Shown here piece after piece: positions 25,801-40,568 of a stretch of DNA of 64,000 bases. Where the stretch lies: NCBI RefSeq assembly GCF_006345805.1, contig NW_021833057.1:1-64000 (forward strand), read 5' to 3'. The DNA comes from Octopus sinensis. Taxonomy: Eukaryota. The translations under genes and the position numbers were made by a program. Position 1 is the stretch's first letter. Every line of letters starts with the position of its first letter. The notes beneath the pieces are model-generated. The model did no database searches. It saw only the letters and a list, made by a program, of their open reading frames with translations, and was not told where the DNA came from.

Positions 25801-25965
25801 TACGACAGGCTTCTTTCAGTTTCCGTCTACCAATTCCACTCACAAGGCATTGGTCAGCCCGGGGCTATAGCAGAAGACACTTGCCCAAGATCCCACGCAG
25901 TGGGGCTGAACCCGGAACCATGTGGTTGGTTAGCAAGCTACTTACCACACAGCCACTCCTGCGCC
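25535..25965 (-). mobile_element. Full-length CCTTGGGCAAG-type SINE
   Basis: Reverse complement of the 7469-7890 family, with internal (TA)n. Confidence 0.9.
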
Positions 25966-26247
25966 TATATTAATTTCTCACAACTTTTAGTTTGTATTTA
26001 TAATATAAGTACAAGGTAAAAAAAGTCTGTGGTAGAGATGTTGTCTATTATAGTGGCCCCCATTACATGGCTGCTACCAATTTCATTGGTCTTGAAAGTA
26101 TAGATGAGGCAAAGACAGTCTTGAGGAAATTTGAAATCATGAAGTGGTTAAATATCGCAAGGAATTCTGGACTTTGTTATACATAGTATATCTTCTGATA
26201 GGTCTGTAACTAGGCATAACTAGGTCGTATCTCTCAATCGAAATATA

Positions 26248-26846
26248 TATTTCTTTATTGCCCACAAGGGGTTAGACATGGAGGGGACAAACAAGGACAG
26301 ACAAACGGATTAAGTCGATTACATCGACCCCAGTTCGAAACTGGTACTTTATGTTTCGACCCCGAAAGGATGAAAGGCAAAGTCAACCTCGGCAGAATTT
26401 GAACTCAGAACGTAACGGCAGACGAAATACCTATTTCTTTACTACCCACAAGGGGCTAAAAATAGAGGAGACAAACAAGGACAGACAAACGCATTAAGTC
26501 GATTATATCGACCCCAGTGCGTAACTGGTACTTAATTTATCGACCCCGAAATGATGAAAGGCAAAGTCGACCTCGGCGGAATTTGAACTCAGAACGTAAC
26601 GGCAGACGAAATACCTATTTCTTTACTACCCACAAGGGGCTAAAAATAAAGGAGACAAACAAGGACAGACAAACGGATTAAGTCGATTATATCGACCCCA
26701 GTGCGTAACTGGTACTTAATTTATCGACCCCGAAATGATAAAAGGCAAAGTCGACCTCGGCGGAATTTGAACTCAGAACGTGATGACAGACGAAATACTA
26801 CTAAGCATTTCGCCTGCCGCGCTAACGTTTCTGCCAGCTCGCCGCC
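26248..26846 (-). repeat. Nin SINE head plus 3 tandem tail-A units, flanked by a 75-bp direct duplication
   Basis: Units ~184 bp. Flanks 26173-26247 and 26850-26924. Confidence 0.9.
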
Positions 26847-27877
26847 TTATTTGTTATACACAGTATATCCTCAGCTAGGTTCATAACTAGGCATAACTAG
26901 GTCGTATCTCTCAATCGAAATATAACCTGATAGGGTCATGCAGCATGGCTTCTTTCTTATTCTAGTCGCCCGTAGAGTCACGAGAAGATGAAGGCACTTT
27001 CTCAAACTCTTGCATTCTACATACTGTGGAGAAGACGAATAGGGCTGCATCCCAGTACATTAACTGGTAATTTATTTTATCGACCCGGAAGGACACATAA
27101 CAAAGCTAACTTCCTTCCAGGGTATTCGAACTCAGAATGTAGAGAGCTGGAACAAATACCACAAGGCACTCTATGTTGTCATTTCTAATAATTCCTCCAA
27201 TCCGCTGCCCTTCACTGACTTTTTATGTTATCGACCTTGAAAAGGTGACAGCAAAGTCAACTTCGGCAGGATTTGAATTCTAAACGTAAAAAGCCGAAAC
27301 AAATACTGTAATATATTTTTATTCGTTGCTTTAACAATTCTGCCCTACACCGTTTTAATTCTAAGAAACATTAGCATTAGACGAGCAGAAACAAAAGTAA
27401 TGTTTGAAGGTCTTCACACGTATTAGCTTGCTTCATTTTGAGGATGCAGGCTTTTGAAGAAAAATATTAATGCTTCTTTGTGTATTGCGACTATTTAGCA
27501 ATGTTTAGCTATTACACGTATTACATATCATTTTCGCTAATATGTTCGGTCTATTTTCGACTAGATATACCGCATTATGTAATAGTATCTGTCTTAAGAC
27601 ATTACAGTTAATAGAAATTGCAATTGCTCTGTAAACATAAACGGAAAACAACTCAAGAAAACTGAGCCAAGTGGGAAGTCATTACATAGTTGCCTGATCT
27701 ATAAACAGCTTTTTTTTTTCATATCGTAGTGTGTCGTCTTACAGAGGGAAGTGGAGGAAATGAAATACCAAAAAAAAAACAGACTAAATGGCCATCGCTG
27801 GAATGTCGTTGACCATAGCTCTACTTGATTGGGGAAGTACTGACTGTCTTGAGGATAAAAACATTAAAACACCAAAG

Positions 27878-28200
27878 TACAGGGTGACCCCCACCAAAAA
27901 AAAAAAAAACAGAACCCATAAAAATTTTATTAAATCTTACAAAGGTCCATCAAATTTTTAGAAAATTGCTGGATTTAAACTTCGATCATTCCCTTTGCAT
28001 AAAAATCATGTTCTTTTCAAAATATGCTCCAAATGGCATACGTTGCACAAACACTTGCATATGTTGCACAAAATTATCAATTACTCAAACACATTCCTCT
28101 TTGGGGATTTCCCTGATTTCTGCTGTGATTTCTGCCTTAAGTTCACCAAGCGTTTCAGGGTTAAACATTATCCTTGAAATACTCCTACAAATAAAAATCT
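27878..28200. mobile_element. Tc1/mariner-like terminal remnant
   Basis: Begins TA-CAGGGTG like the TIR at 47785-47794. The right boundary is uncertain. Confidence 0.35.
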
Positions 28201-28471
28201 AGGGGTGGGGGGTTCAAGTCCAGTGAATGCGGTGCCCACTCAGCGTCACACTTCCTGGTGATCAGTCTCTCCTGAAATCGCTCTCTCAGCCAGGCTAGGG
28301 AATCATCTGATGCGTGGAGGTCTGGGGCCCCCCTTGCTGGAGCCACTGTTCATCTCGATCTATTCCTCTGCGTCGTTTTATTCAAAATTTTATTCAGAGA
28401 TTTGTGGGTTCTCTATTTTGTTGGGAGGGGCTCACCCTATATGTATATTTCGCCTCACAGTTGGTTTAGAC

Positions 28472-28724
28472 TAGTGGTTCTCAACCGCTTTTTGCGTATG
28501 GACCCATTTGGTGCTTATTTTACTAAAGTGAACCCTCAGAGCCATATCATATCTAAAATCTCCTATCATATTTTTATGATTAAATACTATCAGAAATTTT
28601 ATTAACAGATGTTTAAACGGTTTGTTTATTGTAAATATATAGCCAGTTTCTTGTACATTAATTTTAGCAACAAACTCTAATATGAACCCTTAAGGGTTAA
28701 ATGGACCCAGATTAAGGACCACTG
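28472..28724. mobile_element. hAT/Charlie-like MITE
   Basis: TIRs TAGTGGTTCTCAACC and GATTAAGGACCACTG, with imperfect 8-bp flanks GTTTAGAC/GTTTAAGC. Confidence 0.65.
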
Positions 28725-29040
28725 GTTTAAGCACTGGACACCTCACATTTGAGACGTCTTCGTTATATCCCAATAAAAGAGACCCTAGGAATACTTCTCC
28801 TGCTGTTATTCTATTAGTGTCTGCATACAGTTTAATTAAATTTCGGCAATCGTTAACTTACATACTTTCCTTAAAGCCACGAATGCCGCGAATATTAAGC
28901 TCCCCCAGTAAAATAGCTGAAAGCTGATAAATTAAGTTGTGCGCGTTCCTTTCACACACACACACACACACACCACACTTACACACACGCATGTATGTAT
29001 ATATTTATACCTGTGTGTATGTGTGAGTGTGTGTGTATGT

Positions 29041-29080
<40 letters not shown>

Positions 29081-29204
29081 ACTCGTGATGGGTATCTGTA
29101 TATTAATAAGAGAATAACCAGTGATTAACATTTTGGTGTGCCATCATTCGGACAGTCAAAGGATTTTAGGAGTTCTTTTTTTTTGTCACTAACAGTCCAT
29201 AGTG

Positions 29205-29550
29205 TGCGTGGCACCTTGGGCAAATGTCTTCTAATATAGCCTCGGGCCGAACAAAGTCTTGTGCGTGGATTTGGTAGACGGAAACTGAAAGAAGCCCGTT
29301 GTATATATGTATATATATATATGTATGTGTGCGTATATGTCTGTGTTCGCCCCCCTCCCGCCAACATCGCTTGACAACCGATGCTGGTGTGTTTACGTAC
29401 CCGTAAATTAGCGGTTCGGCAAAAGAAACCGATAGAATAAGTACTAGGCTTCCAAAGACTAAGTCCTGGGGTCGATTTGCTCGACTAGAGGCGGTGCTCC
29501 AGCATGGCCACAGTCACATGACTGAAACAAGTAAAAGAGTAAAGAGAGTT
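29205..29550 (+). mobile_element. CCTTGGGCAAG-type SINE lacking its head
   Basis: Homologous to 7469-7890. Confidence 0.85.
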
Positions 29551-29859
29551 AGAAGATTAAGAATAATCGTTTGTATCAGTCGAATCAAGGAATAAACTCG
29601 CTAAATACTAAACTTACGTCACAGCGAAAGAAAGGGACAAAAAGCTTCAAATTTGAGCAGAGAGTCAACAGGTTTAGGAGATGGGGTGAGGTGTTAGTCA
29701 ATGATGTCGACCAGTAGTACTCGGTTGACACTCATCTTAACGATCTTGACAAGGGAAATTGAACCCAGAATGTAAAGGGTCGGAAGAAATGCCGTTAAAA
29801 TTCGACACGCTGACGATTTTGCTAGTCCGTTGCTCTATTTCTGTAACAAATATTAGTCT

Positions 29860-30610
29860 CAAATTTTGGCACAAGGTCAGCAAGTTCGGAAAAGGGTGAA
29901 AATTCGATTACACCGTGACTAGTGTTCAGCTGGAACTTATTTTATCGATCTCGAAGGGTGAAAAACACAGGTGACCCCGGCGGAATTTGAACTCAGAACG
30001 TAAAGGCGGACAAAATACCTATTTCTTAACTACCCACAAGGGGCTAAACACAGAGAGGACAAACAAGGACAGGCAAAGAGATTAAGTCGATTATATCGAC
30101 CCCAGTGCGTAACTGGTACTTATTTAATCGACCCGAAAGGATGAAAGACAAAGTCGACCTCGGCGGAATTTGAACTCAGAACGTAGCAGCAGACGAAGTA
30201 CCTATTTCTTTACTACCCACAAGGGGCTAAACACAGAGGGGACAAACAAAGACAGACAAACGGATTAAGTCGATTACATCGACCCAAGTGCGTAACTGGT
30301 ACTTATTGAATCGACCCCGAAAGGATGAAAGGCAAAGTCGACCTCGGAGGAATTTGAACTCAGAACGTAGCAGCAGACGAAGTACCTATTTCTTTACTAC
30401 CCACAAGGGGCTAAACACAGAGAGGACAAACAAGGACATACAAAGGGATTAAGTCGATTATATCAACGCCAGTGCGTAACTGGTACTTAATTTATCGACC
30501 CCGAACGGATGAAAGGCAAAGTCGACCTCGGCGGAAATTGAACTCAGAACGTAGCGGCAGACGAAATACCGCTAAGCATTTTGCCCGGTGTACTCACAGT
30601 TCTGCTGGTT
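29860..30610 (-). repeat. Nin SINE head plus 3 tail-A units plus a terminal tail-B unit
   Basis: Junctions AAATACCTATTTC / AAGTACCTATTTC near 30017, 30199 and 30385. Confidence 0.9.
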
Positions 30611-30700
30611 CATCACTCTATTTCTTTAATAAACATTTATATCAGTTAAGTATTTGTTCAAAACAGGAGTGAACGTTTCAATAGTACTTAACCAGTGCTC

Positions 30701-30800
30701 TATAAGATTTATTAATAGTTCATATATTAATTAATAAGATTTATTAATGGCTCATATATTATTAATAAGATTTATTAATGGTTCATATATTATTAATAAG
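30701..30800. repeat. AT-rich ~29-bp minisatellite (3 copies)
   Basis: ATAAGATTTATTAAT(A/G)G(T/C)TCATATATTA(A)TTA is repeated. Confidence 0.8.
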
Positions 30801-31672
30801 CAGAACTAATTTTTAAAACAGGCGTGCAATTATTTTACGATCTATAGTATATCATAGTATACATTAAAACTTTTCCCGAACTTTACTCTCTGTGACGTTA
30901 ATCATGAAAGAGAGATAAAACCTTATAGATCAGATGCTAATGTTACCGGTAACTGCTGCACACTCACAAAGCCACATAAAGCTCTGTTATCTTCCAACCA
31001 ACTTGATAAACCGAAGAAAGTAGAATGAAGCCGCTTATGAAGCTAGTCAAAGAAATGCCTGAAGTTAGATGCTTTACTCACGTCCCATTAAATAGCAGCC
31101 TGATATCTATGTTCACACGGTTGTTTCATCTTCATCTTCCAGAAATAGACAGGAAGTCATAGGAAACAAAAGCGGAATGTATTTGATCAGAAAATATAAA
31201 GACTTACCTATCTTACATCTACTCTTGGATCGGGAGGCAGAAGTGTGATAAGCTCTCCATCATTCCCACCAACAACATCTTCGTTGTTGGTGCTGTTATT
31301 GTTACTGTGGTTGTTGTTGTTTAGCCCAAGGTCAACCTGAACCAAACTGAACTGTTATCACGAATTCATACAGCCAGGACTCAAATGTTATTATATTACA
31401 TAGACGAGAGAAGGCTAACTATTTAAGCATGCAACGGAGAGAAGAGAGAACCGCGATGCCATTCGACGTGGCAACAAACCAGACGAAATAGAATTTCGGA
31501 TCCTGATCTGAGATGCAGCAACGAAATGATCACATGTTTCCAATACACCGTGGCCATCCAACCAAATCTCGTGCATGATACTGCTATATTAGTAACAGAC
31601 TATCATAGCTTAACGTTTTATATCTCGTAGCGTTGAAGTGGATATCAGTCTATGTCTCTATCATTTGTTACC

Positions 31673-31703
<31 letters not shown>

Positions 31704-31724
31704 TGGTTGATTGATTTCAAATTT

Positions 31725-32070
31725 TGGCACAAGACCAGTAATTTCGGAGAGCGGGGTAAGTCGATTACATTGACTTCAGTACTTATTTTATCGATTCCGA
31801 AAGGATGAAAGGCAAAGTGGACCTCGGCGGAATTTGAACTCAGAACGTAAAGGCGGACGAAATACCTATTTCTATATCTTTACTACCCACAAGGGGCTAA
31901 ACACAGAGAGGACAAACAAGGACAGACAAACGGATTAAGTCGATTATATCGGCCCCAGTGCGTAACTGGTACTTATTTAATCGACCCCGAAAGGATGAAA
32001 GGCAAAGTCAACCTCGGCGGAATTTGAACTCAGAACGTAGCGGCAGACGGTTAACGATTCTGCCAGTTCG
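31725..32070 (-). mobile_element. Composite Nin SINE (tail-A unit plus tail-B unit)
   Basis: Same fixed junction near 31865. Confidence 0.85.
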
Positions 32071-32171
32071 CCTTATTTATATATATGTATGTGTATATGT
32101 GTGTGTGCGTGTGAGTGTGTGTGAGTGTGTGTGTCTGCGCGCGTGTGTATGTATGTGTGTATTTATGTATG

Positions 32172-32246
<75 letters not shown>

Positions 32247-32579
32247 AAAATGCAAGAGAGCAAGCATACTTCTGATATAATAGAGATCTAATAAATAATA
32301 TTATTCCTCATTGTACCCCGTTATTTAGCTTAGGGGTGGGAAAACCTTGGAATGTTCTATCTGGAGCAATCTTTCGTCATCATCGAATTAGTGTGAGTAA
32401 AAGACCAAAACTTATGAGCATATTACCATAGTTGTTAAATAATGAATATAAACCAGATCTAATTGATCCTGTTGAAGTCCAAGGCCCAAGGCCCAAATTC
32501 AACAGAGGGAAAGCGGTTTAGAACCACATAAAATTGTTTATTAAAGCAAGATTTATTTACAAAAGAATAAGCAACAAAG

Positions 32580-32800
32580 ATTCGTTACCAATCCGGCTGA
32601 AAGCGGCTCTGGCTCTGAGTATAAATGTCTTGTTTTCATAAGTTTTAAATCAACATCTATCACCAAACCTTAGTCACAATTTATGTTCCTAACACTAGCT
32701 TAATGATAACTAAGTTATTTTACTAAATTCTTTGTTATATTTAAAGTAATTGAAAGAAACACAGAGCATCTCAAAATTAATACAGTAACGAAAGGGTTAA
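32580..32800. mobile_element. TTAA-type (piggyBac-like) MITE
   Basis: Right end GTAACGAAAGGG-TTAA. The left end TTCGTTAC is its partial inverse. Confidence 0.55.
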
Positions 32801-32863
32801 ATTGTGGAGTGTTTAAACAAAATTAGTTAATTTTTTTCAAGAGGGGTAGTTTTATTATTATTG

Positions 32864-32907
<44 letters not shown>

Positions 32908-34295
32908 GGTTAACTATAAAGGAGATGCCTAACGCTTTGCCTATCCTGTGTATTACATATGATGCACGGGACTATTCCCCTGCCGTCCATGCTTTGTATA
33001 TGATACACTTTCACAATTTTCCTTCACCACTTGAGTAAACTGGAATATACGAAAGGAATGCTTTATATTGTTCTGAACATGTAAAAGTAGGGCTAGCTGA
33101 AAGTCTGAAAATAAGCATGGACGTTTAGGGCTTTGAGCTGGCAAAAGGTTCCAGTTTAGGGAGACTTAGGCTTTAGAAACCTAACGAACATTTCACAAGA
33201 TTACTATCCGACTAGTTTAGCCACCCATGACCATCTCACCTCCATAACATCGATGTAACTTATTAACACTTCTAACTTTATTTATTTGCTTTCTCTTTCG
33301 CTTTACTTCCCAAATAATCCCCTTAAAACAATTACAAGATACCTGAAAAATTACTAAATATTTTTCTGTTGACTAACATAATAAACAACCTACACCTCTT
33401 GTGATATTCTCAAGACCATTTCAACTAATTTACCGAAATCTTTTCTTTTTATTTCCGGCTTCTTGGTAACAAACTTCTCTATCCTCTTCTTTATATATTT
33501 CCCTTAATTGCACATTTTAACACCTCTGCCACCAACCTTCTAATTGCATTTTTTTGTTTTAAAAATATTTACTTATTTATACGTTTTTCTTTTGTTTATT
33601 CATAATATTTGTGCCTCATTCTTAAGATTTTTCTGTTTTCAACTCCGTTTTTTTTTTTTGCTTTTGTTGCCAAATTAATGAGCCTATTAATGCTTCCACT
33701 AACAGTACATGTGTTAAAATAGTTCTAATGAGTGTGCACATACTTATTTCCTACTACCACCACCCCCAACTGCTACCACCATCATTTACCATTTATTTTT
33801 AGCTATACACTTATATATTTCTATATTCGTTTCTATTTTGATAGTCTATATAACTCCTACATAACGGGAATGAGCTATTAATTGTCTTATATGAGACATT
33901 TAGGATATGGAGAAACACTATTTCACCTCATATGAGAGAAAGAAGAAAGGAAAAATGGAAAAACGCTTAAACACCTAATGGCAGCCATAGAATTTTATCT
34001 ATTTCTATGGAAGGGAGATTGAAATCCTGGTTGGAAGTTAGTCTGTAACAAAATAACCTGCCTCGGCCTCATACAATGTAGGATTTAGTAGGCAATCGAG
34101 AGACTTCTATGTAGTCGTCCGGTCTGGTGGAAATAACGGACAAATGTTGACAAAACAATTGTACCGTCTTAAAAAATAGAAAGGTCTTTTTAAATGATAA
34201 TCTAGATAACTCTAAACTGATGGGATGGGCATGGATAGAATATCTTTGGCAACAGTGCTGCTCGGTTACAGTTGACCCAGAAATAAACAACAACA

Positions 34296-34388
<93 letters not shown>

Positions 34389-34624
34389 GTAATAATGGTT
34401 TAAAATTTTGGCATAAATACAGAAATTTTAGGGATGCTAACATCGACACCCCTAGTACTGGACTTATACTATTTTATCTACCCAGAAATGATGAAAGACA
34501 GAGCCGACCACGGTGGAACTTGAACTCAGAACGTAGAGTCGGAAGAAAAAAAGTCAAGTATTTTGTCCGACGCGCCAACGATTCTGTGTGCTTCATCGCC
34601 ATAACTATTCTGCATACTACGCTC

Positions 34625-35052
34625 TAATATAGGCACAAAGTCTGAAATTTGGGGCGCGGGGGAGGGGATCAAGTTATTACATTAGTCCCAGTGTTCAAAT
34701 GGTACTTATTTTAATAATCTGGAAAAGATGAAAGCCGAAGAGACGACCTCGGTGTGAACACAGAGCGTACTGAGTCGGAAGAAATACCTATTTCTTTACT
34801 ACCCAGAAGGGGCTAAACACAGAGAGAACAAACAAGGATAGACACATGGATTAAGTCGATTATATCGACCCCCAGTGCGTAACTGGTACTTATTTAATCG
34901 ACCCCCAGTGTGTAACTGGTACTTATTTAATCGACCCCGAAAGAATGAAAGGCAAAGTCGACCTCGGCGGAATTTGAACTCAGAACGTAGCGGCAGACGA
35001 AATACCTCTAAGCATTTCGCCCGGCGTGCTTAACGTTTCTGACAGCTAGCCG
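34625..35052 (-). mobile_element. Young tail-A Nin SINE joined to a much older tail-B SINE at the homologous head position
   Basis: Minus-strand junction AAAGAAATAG|GTATTTCTTCCGACTC at ~34787. The downstream body is highly diverged. Confidence 0.75.
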
Positions 35053-35831
35053 CCATACAACGGCGTATTATTCAGATATACAAATGGCGACACGTGGAAT
35101 TAGACATCCTGTACTAGAAAACCATTAAATATTTCTTTTCTTTTACTTCGAGACTGTAAGACAGTACAACTAATTATAAGAAATAGTATATAAACGCAGT
35201 TTCAGTCTAAAACATCCTTTATCCATCTTATGCTCGTATTTTGAGGTTAATAATGTCTCATCGCCAATGACTTCCACATGCAACGTCATCTGTTCTTCTT
35301 AATTCATCTTAACTCTACGATCTCCTTCTTGTCTTCCCTCTTTCGTTTATACTAATTATTTAACGATAATACTACTTGAAGATGAATCTAAGTGATATTA
35401 CTGATAGAAACGATTAAATAAAAAGCAAACAGTTATTATAATAAAGCATCAGTTTTGCTTAATAGTTTACTACTGAATAAATATTTCTTCACTGTATTAG
35501 TGTTTTGCGATCTTGTGATAGTGAGAGGTGTAGAGCATAAGCTAATCAGCCGGGCAAGAAACAAAAAGCGTGCGACGGTGTTTCACCTTCCAAATTAAGC
35601 CATTTTACCAACAATGATCTGGGGAAAAGGTGGTGGGTTACCATCTTGAAGAGGTTTAGTCGAACAGATCGACCTCAGTACTTGTTCTGTTGGTAACTTT
35701 TGCGAAACCGCTGATGAAAGGGGGCGCAAACAAACAAATACCGGTTATCACGCGCTGGAGGAAGGAACGAACACAGATAGCAAGAGACACACACATATGT
35801 CGGCGTATATATGTGTGTGTGTGTGAGAGAG

Positions 35832-35876
<45 letters not shown>

Positions 35877-36860
35877 ATATATATATATATGTATGTATGT
35901 ACGCTAGGCTTCCGCACATTTTCCGTGTACAAAACTCACTCCTAAGACATCTGTCGGCTCAGTGCTGTAGTAGAAGCTGTAACCTTGGTGCCACGCAGAA
36001 CGATTGAACCCTAAAAGAAGGAGTTGCTAAGCGAGCTTCTTAACCACGCAGCCTTACATTTAATTATGTCATTATTATTTACAAAAACAAAGAAAAATAC
36101 TTCTGGTCTTTTTAGAAACATTCAATTGATGTCCTTACATGAATATGGCACAATTCCAGGAAATAATTCGTAGTCGATTTAGTCACATTTGTATGATATT
36201 GTGTGCGTGGGTACATATATATATAAAATTTATATAAACTGACGATTTATAATGTGACTCGAGTTTCATGCTATTGCGAGCGCCACACGAGAATTTGCGG
36301 TGGTGTGAAATTTGTGTTGCTTGTTAAGGTATTAAGATACAGTACCAATGAACCATTTACTCTACAGGGTATGCTGAGTACCCTTCTCTCATTCATTAGA
36401 TGCAATTCCACTTTCGTGTAAACACACACACACACACACACATTCATGTGTGTGTTGAAATAAAACTTCTTGTGGGAAATGGCGTAATGGAACGTTTGAG
36501 AGTTCTCAGTGTAATGGCTTCTTCATATTTTCGTCGCAATCTAATTAAACTAATTAAACTAGAGTTAGTCTTAGCAGGTATAAACACTGTTTGCTTTATT
36601 AAGACTAGTTATAGTTAAATTAGATCACTGGTAATGGTGGTAGGTTATTAATTAATGTTACTGTTAATTAACGTAGTGCATGTAAATCCAATGACTCAAT
36701 CTTCGGTGGTGTGACGATGCTAATAACATATTAATAATGATATTGATTTCTAACATTGGCAGAAAATAACATATACATACATATAATCATAACACTTTCA
36801 CACACATACACACACACACATTTATGTGCATATATATACATATATACACTATACGTATGC

Positions 36861-36981
<121 letters not shown>

Positions 36982-37108
36982 ATATATGTATGTATATGTA
37001 TGTATATACACATACTCTTATAAGCGCAAGGGCGTATACACGTTTAAACAAAGAGTCAAATACTCATACATGAAGAAAGGTACATATTTACATACATATT
37101 TATTTTTT

Positions 37109-37231
37109 TTAAACAAGAATATTGATGACAGTGACTTCGAAGTTTCACCCTGTTAAGCCATCGTTGGAAAGTTTGACGATAGATTAGTCATCCGAAACGT
37201 CGAAGTCACTATCTGCAATAGCGTTGTTTAA
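37109..37231. repeat. Imperfect foldback with outward-facing degenerate hammerhead halves
   Basis: GTGACTTCGA/TCGAAGTCAC arms. The right arm reads TTGACGA-TAGATTAGTCATCC-GAAAC-GTC. Confidence 0.5.
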
Positions 37232-37458
37232 GAATAGCAAATTTGTACTCGACAAATGTATAGAATACATCAGTTTAAAGAAAAATTGTTTTTTTTATTA
37301 TAACAAAACTTAAGAACAAACATTAATATACATACATACATACACACATACATACATACATACTTACATACACACACATACATACATATATACATACATA
37401 CACACATACATACCTACATATATATATATTCATATACATACAAAAACACACTCAAAAT

Positions 37459-37492
<34 letters not shown>

Positions 37493-38057
37493 GCTTCCTC
37501 TGGCACGCATATTGCACACAAACACGCGCATAGGCTCAAGCATACACACGTACATGCGTACACACACACAAATACAACGGGATAGAAAGCAGGAACGAAG
37601 GAGACAAGAGATGGTCTGCGGCAACGAGGATGGTATTTATTGGAATAAGAGCAAAAAGATTTAAGTTGGAATGTTATTGTGAGAAGAAAATTATCCATCA
37701 CAAAAGCAGAACTACTTAAGAAATTTCACTCCTATACCAATATATATATATAGTCATACACATATATATACACTATACATTATATATATATATATATATA
37801 TATGTATATGTATGTAGATATGCGTATGTATGTATATATGTCTTACGTATGGATGTATGAGTGTATGACTAGGTGTGTATCTGTTTATGTATGGAATGTA
37901 TGCGGATTTTTTTTGCTTTATGTGTATATATATATGGTTAGTCTAAGGTTAGTCTTTTCAATGCTCTCTACAACTAGCTTCATCATATATATATATTTAA
38001 AATATAATATATATATATATATAAATGATACATATATATGTGTGTGTGTGGATATAA

Positions 38058-38093
<36 letters not shown>

Positions 38094-39236
38094 GTGCATA
38101 AATTTTGAAATGCACACACACACACACAAATATATATACATATATATTTTTTATGTATATATATATGTATATATATATATATATATACGTATGGATATAG
38201 ATATATATATGTATATTTATATATATACATATCTATATATATTATATATATATATTATTATATACATATCTATATATATTATATATATATATAATATACA
38301 TATCTATATATATATAATATATCTATATATTATTTATATATACATATCTATATATATATGTGTATATATATATATACATACATATATATGTAGGTGCATA
38401 GAATATATAGAAATAGATATTTTTTACTAAATGATAATCGAACGCAATTGTTTCAATTCTCTGTAAGCCAATGAGCCCTTTTGATGTCCTTGCAGGTCTA
38501 GGACTCCATTCTGAGCAGCTTTCCGCAAGTGTACCCTCCTAACCCGTAAGTTACTTCCAGCAGCTATAACAAATAAAATTGAAAATCCACAAAAAAATGA
38601 AAAAACTTTTTACATAAAATGCAAAATGCAACCAAAAAAATGAAAAAAAACAGTGAAAGAAAAAACGATTAACAAAAAGAACATTCTGTACAAAAGACCC
38701 AGCAACAACATGAACAACAACAACAACAACCAAAATTTTCTACTATCTCAGATGTCACGTGATAAGCTTGCTTGCCTTGAACTTCCTTCTGTTACAACGA
38801 ACCAAATTATAACGTTTTAAATTTTTCTCTCCGGCGTCGAGGTCAACAATGGCGAAGACAATGAAACTACAGAAAGAGAAAACAAGAAAAATATCAAAAA
38901 AAAAAGGACATAAAAGAAAAATTTCAGAAAAAAAAGTTTTTTTTTTAATTGTTGGACAAAATGGAACTCGGCTCGTTGAATACCATTCCTAATTTTTTTT
39001 TTTTTTCTTATGAATACTGAGACCAATGTCAGGTCTATTAGTAATAACAAAAGTCGGCAAATTATAGCAGTGAAAATTTTCCTAAGTCCACAGATCTCCC
39101 TCCCGCTGTACAACAATTTTTTCCTCATTAGTGTATTGAAGAAAAAATTTCAAAAAATTATATCGGAAATTATAGATAATTTAAAGGAAATATGAAATTC
39201 AGTAGTTAATACTTTTGCAACCAAAAATTATTATTA

Positions 39237-39294
<58 letters not shown>

Positions 39295-40518
39295 ATTATT
39301 ATTATTCTTATTATTGTTTTCTAAGTGGTGCGCTGGCAGAATAACTTCTGCGCCGGACCTAATGCTTTGCGCATTTTTTTCCGGCTTGTTACGTTCTGAA
39401 TTCAAATTTCACCCAGGTCTACTTTACCTTTCATCCTTTCGAGGTCGATAAAATAAAGTACCAGTTATTCACTGGGGTCGATGTAATCGACTTACTCCCT
39501 CTCCTAAAAATTACTGGCCATATGCCAAAATTAAAAAAAAGAATTAATATTATTATTAACAATTTCTTTGGCAGGACGGCAAGCTGGCAGAAACATCAGA
39601 GCGTCGGATAAAATGCTTTACAGTATTTTATCCGGCTCTTTACATTTTGAGTTGAAATCCCTCCAAAGTCAACTTCGCCTTTCATCCTTTCGGGATCGAT
39701 ACAATAAAGTCAAGTGCTGAGGTTGATGGAATCCACTAGGACCCTTTCCCTAAAATAGTCGTGTGTCTAAATCAGAAAGGATCATTAATTCCTTTGATCG
39801 GAAAGGGTTAGCGTTTTCCTCCATCAGGTGGTGAAAGGGAGCATATTGCGGAACATGTTGAAAGAATTGAAGGCACAGACTTTTCTCTTTTACTTATCCT
39901 TTTCCACTTCTTCGGGTTGCGCTTGAAGCGGAAGGAAAGGGATCAGAGACAAGTGCTGCCTTCTGGTGAATTTGGTGAAAGGTGGGTGAGAGTGGTGAGG
40001 ATGGCCCGCATTAATGGGCATATACTCAGAATGCGCCTATAGGCAGGAAAACACAGTTGGGAGAGGGAAGTTGCACTTGGTAGACAGAATAATTTTGGAT
40101 CTATGGGGCTCCTGCGATGGTCCTGAAAGGCTGTCTCCCAGTTGGGGCCGCTTATTTCATTTTTCTTTTTTCTACATTTTTAATTTCCATGCCTCTTTTT
40201 TCCCTTAATCTACCATAAGAAAACGCCACTGTTTCTCTGTCATTTTCCTTGTAATGTTCCTTTATCTCAAATACGTAATCCTGGTTGCAAAAATAGAGAC
40301 TTTTATTTGGTAGAATCGTTAGAGTGTCGGACGAAATACCTTGTGAAGTTAAATTCAGGCTCTTTACGCTAATTGAATTCAAATCTTGTCGAGGTTGATT
40401 TTTCATTTCATCTTCTCGAGGTCGATAAAATAAAATACCAGTCAATTTCTGGGGTCTTTAGTGTCAACTAGAACCCTGTACTTTATAATTGCTGACCTTT
40501 TTGCTTATTTTAGAAAGA

Positions 40519-40568
<50 letters not shown>

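Noticed and set aside
31079-31250. Candidate exons (minus: …KSRCKIDEDETTV*; plus: …LLDREAEV*)
   Set aside because: Two mutually antisense readings look equally plausible, and the minus model lacks a credible upstream acceptor. Not supportable without RNA data.
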